From: Deltaproteobacteria bacterium
Lineage (GTDB): Bacteria; Myxococcota_A; UBA9160; SMWR01
Direction of reading: 5' to 3'
NCBI GenBank assembly: GCA_032128115.1
Contig: JAQBHB010000031.1
Location: forward strand, 64,001-128,000
DNA length: 64,000 bases
Positions 29,296-37,627 of this stretch are shown here, piece by piece. A program made the translations under genes and the position numbers. Position 1 is the first letter of the stretch, and the number at the start of each line of letters is the position of its first letter. Under the pieces are notes generated by a model. That model did not search any database. It was not told the origin of the DNA and was given only the letters and a program-made list of their open reading frames with translations.

Positions 29296-30329
29296 GCCCG
29301 CCTCCCCTGCCCGCTGGGCGGCTGACTGCGGGGCCGCAGCGTGTCCAGAACCCCTGTCTCAGCCAGAATCGGCTCGATCCGCTCACGCACCTTCCCCTCC
29401 AGGAGCGCATAGCGTCGCTGAATCTCGTACAGGCACTTGACCTGGTACTTGAAGGTGCCCTGGGCATGGTCGAGGCCCCGGAGTCGCGTCGAGAAGCTGC
29501 CTGCTCCCGATTCGAAGGCTGCGGCGTTGGCCGCCAGGAAAGGCAGGTAGACCTCGCCGCACATTCGCAGCAAGTCGAGCACCCCGTCCAGGAGCGCTTC
29601 TTCCGGCGCACACCAATCGCCTTCCAGGCCGCACAGGTCATCCATCTGCACCACCCAGCGATCGGTGTAGGGCGCCGCCTCGCGCAGGATCGCCCGGGGC
29701 GTGGGATCCGAAGCGAGCTGGGAGAGCTGGCCGTAGAGTGCGAAGTCGGCCCGCGACGGACGGCTCCCGAACAGGAAGCGCTGGCGGGGAATCGTGGCCT
29801 CGAGGATCGAGAGCAGCTCGATGTAGGTTCCTTCGATGAGGGGCCGGTTCGCCTCGGTGCATCCCACCAGGGGCATGCGCGCCACCTGCCGCTCCCGAGT
29901 TCGGCTCGCCATCTTCTCCAGTGTCTCGAGTCCAGCGGATCCCAGGAAGTCGAAGGCGCCTTGTCGCGCGAAGGTCCGCTGGTCCACGTCGCGGAACCAG
30001 CGGTAGTGGAACATCATCTTCGTGACCCACTCGTCGGCGAAGTCCTCGAGCAGATAAGACAGGAACGACTGACCCGGATCATCGGGAACGATGGACCGCG
30101 AAGGATGCAGGGCCTCGAGTTCTTCGATCATGGGCGTGGAGTCGACCCGGAACGCGCCGTCCGGGAAGCGCAGGACCGGAATCACGGCGGGCCGCACGTT
30201 GTCGATGGGCTCGCTGCCGGGCATGGCGGGGATGAAGACGAAGGGAATCCGGCGATACCGGAGCACGGCCCTCATCTTCATGGAGTAGGGCGACCCCAAC
30301 ATGCCGTAGATGCGATAGGTCTCGGTCAC
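29292..30329 (-). CDS. Glutathione S-transferase family protein
   Basis: GTG start after GGAGGGGAGG; GSPYSMKMRAVLRY, IPVL..DSTPMI, FLFGSRPSRADFALYGQL. Confidence 0.88.
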   Translation of the reverse strand: MTETYRIYGMLGSPYSMKMRAVLRYRRIPFVFIPAMPGSEPIDNVRPAVIPVLRFPDGAFRVDSTPMIEELEALHPSRSIVPDDPGQSFLSYLLEDFADEWVTKMMFHYRWFRDVDQRTFARQGAFDFLGSAGLETLEKMASRTRERQVARMPLVGCTEANRPLIEGTYIELLSILEATIPRQRFLFGSRPSRADFALYGQLSQLASDPTPRAILREAAPYTDRWVVQMDDLCGLEGDWCAPEEALLDGVLDLLRMCGEVYLPFLAANAAAFESGAGSFSTRLRGLDHAQGTFKYQVKCLYEIQRRYALLEGKVRERIEPILAETGVLDTLRPRSQPPSGQGRRA

Positions 30330-30584
30330 CCTCCCCTCCGGCCGCTGTCCCCGGAGCATTCTAGACCAATCCGGCGGACACCCGACGACGGATCCCAGCC
30401 ACGGCCCGACACGCGGTAAGCCCGGCGGCTCGCGGGGCGCGTCGCCTGTGGTGGGCGGCAGGCGTCGCGCTGTACCGCTTCGATGAGTCTGGCAAAAGCT
30501 GGAAACGATACTCTCCGCGCCCGGGCCGGTTTGGTTATCCTGGGCTGGGAATCGGCGCATTTCCGCGCGGTTCGGGGACCCTTC

Positions 30585-30911
30585 GTGAAGCGAACAGAAC
30601 CCCAGACGGGCATCCGGGCAAAGCGTCGACGTCGGCACCGGCGGTTGGCGGCGGCCGGGATCCTGCTGGCATCGTGCCTGCTTTCCCCGCCCGGCGGCGC
30701 CCAGGAGGCCGAGCCCCCCCTTCCCGGCCCGGAGCCGCCCCGCGAAGACCAGCCCGTGCCCAGGCGGGAGCCGCCCCGCGAAAACCAGCCCGCGCCCACC
30801 CCGCCGGCCGAGACTTCCGAGCCCGGCGACGACGTGGTGCTTGACGAGGGATTCACCCCCAGTGAGCGCATCCCGGCGGGAAGCAGTGTTTCGTTCCCGG
30901 TAGACATCTGA
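30585..30911 (+). CDS. Small exported Pro-rich protein ending FTPSERIPAGSSVSFPVDI
   Basis: Arg-rich n-region, hydrophobic signal and AQE; Pro/Glu linker; stop 19 bp before the TolQ-like gene; start uncertain (30483 or 30585). Confidence 0.65.
   Translation: MKRTEPQTGIRAKRRRRHRRLAAAGILLASCLLSPPGGAQEAEPPLPGPEPPREDQPVPRREPPRENQPAPTPPAETSEPGDDVVLDEGFTPSERIPAGSSVSFPVDI
30731..30798 (+). repeat. 36-bp-period in-frame duplication (EPPREDQPVP / EPPRENQPAP)
   Basis: ggagccgccccgcgaagaccagcccgtgccca and ggagccgccccgcgaaaaccagcccgcgccca. Confidence 0.8.
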
Positions 30912-30930
30912 GCCGGAGGCCTTCCGACCC

Positions 30931-31728
30931 ATGTCCAAACCGTTTCCCGTCGAGTTCGTCTTCCAGTCGTTCTCGCTGTTGATCGCCGTGCTGCTGGTGC
31001 ACGGAATCTACGTCTCGCTGATCCGGCCCAACGCCGACGCCATCCTGCGGGAGCAGGCGCTCGAGATGCAGGAAGACCAGTCGTACGTGCCGGAGCGCTC
31101 GATCTACGTGTTGGTTCGCGACTACGAGCAGGAAGCCTGCTTCATGTTGATGGTGTGGGCGATGGCGATCATGACCTTCAAGGGCGTGGCGGCGAGCCGC
31201 GAGAACCGGCTCCTGCAGATGGACCTGGTACCAGTCTCCGGGGGCACGAAGATCCTTCCCCAGGACACCCGCGAATTCTCGCGAACCATCGAGGCGCTTC
31301 CCGACAAGATCCGGGGCTACCTGCTGCCTCGGGCGCTTCTGACTTCCCTGCGGCGCTTCAATTCCACAGCCAGCATCCAGGACGTGTCCACCGCCGTGCA
31401 TACGGTCTGCGAGTCGGAATCCGAGCGGCTGGAATCGGAGCTCTCCATGGTCCGTTACATCGCGTGGGCCATCCCCTCCATCGGATTCATCGGAACCGTG
31501 CGAGGCATCGGAGAGGCGTTGGCCCAGGCGCACCGGGCCGTGGAGGGCGACATCACGGGTGTCACCCAGAGTCTTGGCGTGGCGTTCAACTCCACGTTCA
31601 TCGCCCTGATCCTCAGCATCTTCCTGATGTTCGCCCTGCACCAGCTTCAACTGACCCAGGAACGACTGGTCTTCGACGCCGAGAGCTACTGCGACGAGCG
31701 CCTGATCAGCCACCTGCGGGTGCACTGA
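30931..31728 (+). CDS. MotA/TolQ/ExbB proton-channel family protein
   Basis: AIPSIGFIGTV (PxxGxxGT) and LGVAFNSTFIAL; 4 hydrophobic segments. Confidence 0.9.
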   Translation: MSKPFPVEFVFQSFSLLIAVLLVHGIYVSLIRPNADAILREQALEMQEDQSYVPERSIYVLVRDYEQEACFMLMVWAMAIMTFKGVAASRENRLLQMDLVPVSGGTKILPQDTREFSRTIEALPDKIRGYLLPRALLTSLRRFNSTASIQDVSTAVHTVCESESERLESELSMVRYIAWAIPSIGFIGTVRGIGEALAQAHRAVEGDITGVTQSLGVAFNSTFIALILSIFLMFALHQLQLTQERLVFDAESYCDERLISHLRVH

Positions 31729-31741
31729 CCGGAGCCCGGGC

Positions 31742-33112
31742 GTGACGACGGTTGCGATCGAGTTGAACGATTCCGGCCTCACGATCGTCCGGGAGGGCAC
31801 GCTCCTGCCCGAGAGCCCGGGCTATGCCGTGCTGGAGGGAGACCAGCTGATGGTGGGGGCCGAGGCTCGGGGCGCCGCGCGCCTGAAGCCCCGATCCGTG
31901 CAGAACCGCTTCTGGGACCAGCTGAGCCAGGATCCGCTTCCGCGTCCCGGCACCCGCGCCCATACCCATGCCGACCTGGCGGCCGCCCACCTGGCTCACG
32001 TCTGGAAGGCACTGCAAGACGATTGCGACGGCGTGATCTTCGCCGTACCGGGTTCGTTCAGTCGGCCGCAGCTGGGCCTGCTGCTGGGAATCGCCCAGTC
32101 GTGCTCCATGCCGGTATCGGGGTTGGTGGATGCGGCCGTGGCCGCCGCTCCCGCGGGCCACGCCGGCACCCGCATGCTCCACGTGGATCTCCATTTGCAC
32201 CGGGCCGTGACCACCCACCTTCGTCCAGGACCGCCGTTGTCGCGAATCAGCGTCGAAACCAGTGCCCAGATCGGTCTCGACTCGTTGCAGGACCACGCGC
32301 TGGCACTGATTGCGGAGCTGTTCGTGCGACAGACGCGCTTCGATCCGCTACACCGAGCCCAGAGCGAACAGCAACTCTACGACCTGGTTCCGGGGTGCCT
32401 GGCCCACCTGCGCGATGAACCACGCGTGGCCATCCAGATGAACGCCGGGTCGAAGACCCACCGGGTGCACCTGCTTCGGGACGAGTTCCTGGAGTCCATG
32501 CGCAGCCACTACGAGAAGCTCACCGCCCAGATCGACGCATCTCGCCCCCCGGGCGAGCCCCTGCTGGTGACTCTGTCGGCGCGCGCCAGTGCGCCCCCGG
32601 GTCTGGCCGACGCAATTCGCCAGCTTCGCGGCTGTCGCGTGATCGAGCTTGCACCGGGTGCGGCCGCTCTGGGTGCGTTGGCGCGGGAAGAAGAGATCCG
32701 TTCCCCTGGAGGCTCGATTCGCCTGGTGAGCGCTCTGGGTGATGCGGGCGCCCCGGATGCTTCGGCCCCGCCGGCCTCGACGCCGTTGCAAACGCACAAC
32801 CGCACGCCGACCCACCTGCTGTGCGGCGACGTGGCGCACCCCCTGGACGCCGGGCCCCTTGGCGTGGGCCCCGACGGAAAGCGGGGCCGGCTCAGCGTGG
32901 CACTCGCCTCGTCGCCGAACGCGCCGGCTGCCTGCTCGATCCTGCGCAACGGGACCGACGTGGTGATCTCCGGTCCGCCGGGCTGCGGCGCCCGTGTCAA
33001 CGGGCGGCTGATCGAGGGCCGCACCCTGCTCCGCACAGGCGACCGCATCGCGTTGGCGGAAACCGATGAAGAGCTTCGCCTGATTGCCGTGGTGGAAGAA
33101 CGTGGCGCGTAG
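31742..33112 (+). CDS. Degenerate Hsp70/actin-fold protein with a C-terminal FHA-like domain
   Basis: SPGYAVL..LMVGAEAR..P, VIFAVPGSFSRPQ, GLVDAAVAAA, LHVDL parallel the DnaK NBD; C-terminal ARVNGRLIEGRTLLRTGDRI. Confidence 0.7.
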   Translation: MTTVAIELNDSGLTIVREGTLLPESPGYAVLEGDQLMVGAEARGAARLKPRSVQNRFWDQLSQDPLPRPGTRAHTHADLAAAHLAHVWKALQDDCDGVIFAVPGSFSRPQLGLLLGIAQSCSMPVSGLVDAAVAAAPAGHAGTRMLHVDLHLHRAVTTHLRPGPPLSRISVETSAQIGLDSLQDHALALIAELFVRQTRFDPLHRAQSEQQLYDLVPGCLAHLRDEPRVAIQMNAGSKTHRVHLLRDEFLESMRSHYEKLTAQIDASRPPGEPLLVTLSARASAPPGLADAIRQLRGCRVIELAPGAAALGALAREEEIRSPGGSIRLVSALGDAGAPDASAPPASTPLQTHNRTPTHLLCGDVAHPLDAGPLGVGPDGKRGRLSVALASSPNAPAACSILRNGTDVVISGPPGCGARVNGRLIEGRTLLRTGDRIALAETDEELRLIAVVEERGA

Positions 33113-34193
33113 AAGCCTGAACGTCTTCAACCTCGCCTTCCTCGACTGCATGTCGTGCGGCTTCGGCGCGGTGATCCTGTTCTTCATGATCATCAATACG
33201 GGCAGCGTCCGGGATACTTCGGAGCGCACCAAGATGCTCCGGGAGGAGGCGCAGCGATTGGCCCTGGAAGTGGTGGAGGGCAGCCAGCACCTGGTGGTGC
33301 TGCGCAACTCGCTGGAGGTGGCGGAGAGGGAGGCGGTGGAGACCCAGGGACGCTCGGAACGCGTCCGCCGGCAGCTCCGCGACAGCGTGCTCGAACTGTC
33401 CACGATGGAGCGCGAGACCCTGGCGAAGACCCAGTCCATCGAAGCGCTCAAGACGGATCTCGAGTCACTGGAAGAGGACCAGGAGCGCCTGGAGGCGGGA
33501 AGTCACGGCACGGATGGCGTCGGCGAGGCGCTGCGCACCGTGAAGGGGCAAGGCGACCGCCAGTACGTCACCGGCCTCAAGGTGGGCGGGAAGCGCATCT
33601 TGTTCCTGGTGGACGCCTCGGCCAGCATGCTGGCCGAGAACGTGGTCAACGCCGTGCGCCTGCGTCACCTGCCGAAGGCGCAGCAGCTCGCATCAGGCAA
33701 GTGGCAGCACGCGATCGACACGGTCGACTGGCTGACGGCGCAGATCCCCGCCGCGAGCCAGTTCCAGGTCTACACCTTCAACGTGACGTCCGAGCCGGTT
33801 CTGGACGACAACCAGGGAGGCTGGATCCCTGCCAGCGCCCCGGGCCGGCTGGACGAGGCGGTTCGGGAGCTCTACCAGACGGTTCCCCAGAAGGGAACCA
33901 GCCTGTACCACGCCTTCTCGGCTCTGACCACCATGGATCCGCCCCCGGACAACGTATTTCTGCTCACCGACGGACTCCCCACCCAGGGCGCCAAGGAACC
34001 CTGGACGAATACCGTGTCTCCGGCGCGGCGCCTCAGTCACTTTCGCGAGGCGCTGGAGGAGCTGCCGTCGGGTATCCCCATCAACGTGATCCTGTATCCG
34101 TTCGAGGGCGATCCGGACGCCGCCATCTCCTACTGGCTGCTGGCCCAGAAAACCGGCGGCTCGTTCCTGAGTCCCGCCCAGGATTGGCCCTGA
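33102..34193 (+). CDS. TM-anchored coiled-coil + vWA protein 1 (ExbD/MotB-like N-terminal helix)
   Basis: GTG at 33102; FNLAFLDCMSCGFGAVILFF; coiled coil; LFLVDASASM (DxSxS), GTSL, LLTDGLP. Confidence 0.85.
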   Translation: MARRSLNVFNLAFLDCMSCGFGAVILFFMIINTGSVRDTSERTKMLREEAQRLALEVVEGSQHLVVLRNSLEVAEREAVETQGRSERVRRQLRDSVLELSTMERETLAKTQSIEALKTDLESLEEDQERLEAGSHGTDGVGEALRTVKGQGDRQYVTGLKVGGKRILFLVDASASMLAENVVNAVRLRHLPKAQQLASGKWQHAIDTVDWLTAQIPAASQFQVYTFNVTSEPVLDDNQGGWIPASAPGRLDEAVRELYQTVPQKGTSLYHAFSALTTMDPPPDNVFLLTDGLPTQGAKEPWTNTVSPARRLSHFREALEELPSGIPINVILYPFEGDPDAAISYWLLAQKTGGSFLSPAQDWP

Positions 34194-34194
34194 G

Positions 34195-35196
34195 ATGCGA
34201 CGGCGACGCGACACCCAGACCTTCAGCCTGTCGTTCCTCGACTGCATCTGCTGCGGCTTCGGGGCGATCGTGCTGCTGCTGGTGCTCAGCAAGATCCACG
34301 AGCCGGTGGTGCTCGAGGAATCACGCCAGGAGCTTGCGGGAGTGATCGCAAAGCTCGAGGAAGAGCTCTTCGAGATCGTGGGCGAGACGAAGATCGTGAA
34401 CCGGAAGCTCACCACCAGGGAGGAGCAGCTCTCGGAGATCGAGGAGCGTCTCGCGCGCCTGCAAGGCGATCTCTCCGAAATCCTGGGCCGCCATCGGGCC
34501 TCGAAGGATGATGCGGACGTCCAGAACATCATCGAAGGCAAGCTGGCCGAGGCTCGGCAGGAACTCAGCGAGGAGATGCGGCGCCTGTACGGCGAGAACT
34601 ACCAACGCCCCAAAGAAGACGGCGGGATCGGTGGTATCCCCATCGACAGCGAGTACGTGATCTTCGTGATCGACACCTCGGGAAGCATGCACCGCTTCAA
34701 CTGGGACCTGGTCCAGAGGAAGATCTCGGAAACCCTGGCGATCTACCCCAAGGTGAAGGGCATCCAGGTCATGAACGACATGGGCGAGTACATGTTCAGC
34801 AGCTATGCCGGCAAGTGGATTCCGGATTCTCCCGCTCGGCGCCGGGCGATCCTCAAGCGTCTGAACGGCTGGGCACCCTTCAGCAACAGCAGCCCGGTCG
34901 AGGGCGTCACCCGCGCCATCCGCACGTTCTACGCACCGGATCGCAAGATCAGTATCTACGTGTTCGGAGACGAATTTTCGGGGCCGTCCATCGAGGATGC
35001 GATCACGTCCGTCGATGCCGTCAACCAGACAATCGAATCGGGCGATCGTCTGGTGCGGATCCACGGCATCGGCTTCCCGCTGCCCCAGTTTCCGGGCGAG
35101 GGCGTTCCCCACACCGGAATCCGGTTCGCCACGCTGATGCGCGTGCTCTGCGAGCGAAACGGCGGCACCTTCGTCGGCCTGTCCCGCGATACCTGA
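34195..35196 (+). CDS. TM-anchored coiled-coil + vWA protein 2 (ExbD/MotB-like N-terminal helix)
   Basis: FSLSFLDCICCGFGAIVLLL; coiled coil; FVIDTSGSM (DxSxS), VFGDEF. Confidence 0.85.
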   Translation: MRRRRDTQTFSLSFLDCICCGFGAIVLLLVLSKIHEPVVLEESRQELAGVIAKLEEELFEIVGETKIVNRKLTTREEQLSEIEERLARLQGDLSEILGRHRASKDDADVQNIIEGKLAEARQELSEEMRRLYGENYQRPKEDGGIGGIPIDSEYVIFVIDTSGSMHRFNWDLVQRKISETLAIYPKVKGIQVMNDMGEYMFSSYAGKWIPDSPARRRAILKRLNGWAPFSNSSPVEGVTRAIRTFYAPDRKISIYVFGDEFSGPSIEDAITSVDAVNQTIESGDRLVRIHGIGFPLPQFPGEGVPHTGIRFATLMRVLCERNGGTFVGLSRDT

Positions 35197-35219
35197 GACG
35201 AGAATCCCCTGCGCGGGCG

Positions 35220-37627
35220 CTATCTGGCGTAACGCGCCACGCGAAATCCCAGGTCGGGCCGCGCACGGGCGCCGTAGTCCCGGTACGAGAAGCGCAGCTC
35301 CGTGATCGTGGCGTCCTGCCAGCTGGAGCCCCGGATTACGTGTCGTTCGCCGCCGACGGGGCCGGCAGGATCGATGAGCGACTCCTGGGACCTGCCTGAC
35401 CCGATCTCGTAGTAGTCGTGGATCCACTCGGCCACGTTGCCACCCAGGTCGTAGGCGCCGAACGCGCTGGCCGAGAAGCTCCCTACGGGCGCCGATACCG
35501 GGTAGCCGTCGTCGTAGGTCTCTATCACCCGGTCCAGATCCTTGCGCGCCGAGACATCGGCGAAATTTCCAGAACCGGGCCTGGCGGGCAGCTTCCCGCC
35601 CCACGGATACTTGTGCTCCCCCTTGCCGGCATCGTAACGCGCGACCCAGACCCATTCGGCCTCGGTGGGAAGCCGGTAGCCGTTCCGGAGCGGCTCGACG
35701 GCCTCGATCCCGCCCGGCCCCTCGATGTACACCGGCTGGAGCGACTCCTTGCGGCTCAACCAGTTGCAGTACTGCGCCGCCCGCTCCCAGGTGAGGTTCA
35801 CCACCGGGTGCTCGTCGGCGTCGAGGCTGAAGCGGCCGAAGGACCCGGACGAGTGGGCGGGGTCGAACTCACGGTACTCGGCGTTGGTCACCTCCTGCGT
35901 GGCGAAGTAGAAGGGGCGATTGAGTTGGACGCTTCGCACCACCTCGTTCGCACGCCGGCCCTGCTCGCGTCGCGCGGCGCCGGTGGTGAACTTGCCATGG
36001 GTCACCAGCAGCAGTTCCTGCCCCTGACTCGTGACGATCCGGGGGGCGAGACCCGCGGTGCGTGCCTCATCCAGACTGAGCAGTTGGACCCGGACGCCCT
36101 GGGGAAAGCCGGGGCGCGGCGTCACGCGCGTTCGGAAGGTCTCGTAGCCTTGCTTGCGCACCTCGACCACGTGGGGCACCGCCGAGAGCATGACTTTCTG
36201 GTTGGCGCTCCCTCGCGGCTCGCCGTCCACGAACAGATCTGCGCCACCGGGTCGCGTTGCCACGACCAACTCCCCACTCAGGGGCGTGAGTTTCACCGAG
36301 AAGGTCCGCTCCTCGTCGGGCGCAAGCGTCAGCGCGTGGGTCGCGGACTCATGACCCAGTCTCGAAAGCCGGACGAGGTGGCTCTCTCCGGACGAGAGGA
36401 ACAGATCCATCGGGGTGTGGCCCTGGAACTCGCCGTCTACGGTCACGCTGACGCGTTCCGGCACGCTTCGCAGGTGCACCTGACCCTCGGCCGGTCCCAG
36501 GGGCACGATCCCCAGCGACTGGGGCTGGTTGGCCTCGACGAAGAGGGTCTTCTTCCAGGTCTTGCGGCCGGAAAGCCGGAGTTCGAGCTGACGAGAGCCA
36601 GCACCCAGGGAGAACGTCAGCGGCGCCGGGCCCACCTCTTCGCCGTCTACGAACAGGACGGCGCCGGGAGGCTCGGAGTCCAGGGAGATGTTCGCCCAGG
36701 CGGGCGCGAGCTCGATCGCCAGGTGACGTTCGACGCCACCTCCCTCCAGCGTGACGTCGTCGGACCAGGGCAGGTAGCGTTGCGCCGTCACCCGCAGTTG
36801 GTGCCGCCCCTCGCGCACCTCGACACCGGAGAGGGGGGTGAGACCCACTTCTTCACCATCGATCATCACCTGCGCACCGGTCACATCTCCGGTGGTGACG
36901 AACAACGATCCGGGCAGGCGCTGAAGCGTGAGCTCGAAGGTTTCGCTGTCCACGTCGCGCACCACCACGGTCTGCTCGAGCGTGTGATAGCCGGCCTTCT
37001 CGGCCACGACGGTGTACTCGCCGGGCCGCAGCAGGAAGCGTTCGCCCAGGTCGATCCGGAGCAGCCCTCCTCGAACCGAGACCCGGTCCGCCTCGGGCCG
37101 CACGTCTACATGGACCGCCCGCGCGGTGAAGAGGAACCACGCGATCAGGCCGAGTGCAAAAAAAAAGCGGAGATCAGGATCGGCAGGGGCCGGATAGGGA
37201 AGTGGCGAGCGCGTGTGACACCGACCGCACCTTCGTAGGCAACCGGCTCGATCTCTTCCGTCGCCAGCAACGGGACATCCCCGTCCGATTCGCCAGCATG
37301 AAGGGGAACCCGACTGACGCGAAGCTCCAGCCGGTCGCCGGCAAATTCGCATTGGATCCGAACGTTGCCCACGCGGACTGCGTCGCCGTGGCTGAGCCAG
37401 CGCGAGGTCTCGATCGGGCGCTCGTTGTGGAAGACTGGTTCGCCGCCGGTGCCCGGCTGGACGAAGGGCTGATCGTCGGAGATCCCGAGCAGGGCCAGGG
37501 GCCCCGCGTCGTCGCGATCCGACACGGGAATCTGCGCGTCGGAGCCCCCGCCCACCATCAGGGGCAGATCCTCGCTGGCGTAGACGCGCTCCTCGTCCTG
37601 GTCCCGAACGATGATCGTTCGGCTCAA
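35220..37627 (-). CDS. FHA-like + TM + 5x PEGA + FGE-sulfatase (SUMF1/GldK/TagR-like) protein, frameshifted at T9 (37158-37166)
   Basis: ORF 37145..37627 (FHA-like) joins the PEGA/FGE frame if T9 becomes T10 (~802 aa); RLPTEAEW, DLGGNVAEW, RGSSW, GFRVAR. Confidence 0.8.
37158..37166 (-). repeat. T9 homopolymer at the frameshift site
   Basis: Plus strand gtgc-aaaaaaaaa-gcgg; the longest A/T run I noticed in this GC-rich window. Confidence 0.85.

Noticed and set aside
30931..35196. Calling the locus Zorya, Tol-Pal, Ton or a flagellar stator
   Set aside because: No OmpA-type B subunit, no long ZorA tail, no ZorC/D/E, TolA/B/Pal, TonB receptor or flagellar genes
35220..35400. FGE/C-type-lectin C-terminus as a diversity-generating retroelement target
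   Set aside because: No reverse transcriptase and no template/variable repeat pair seen in the window
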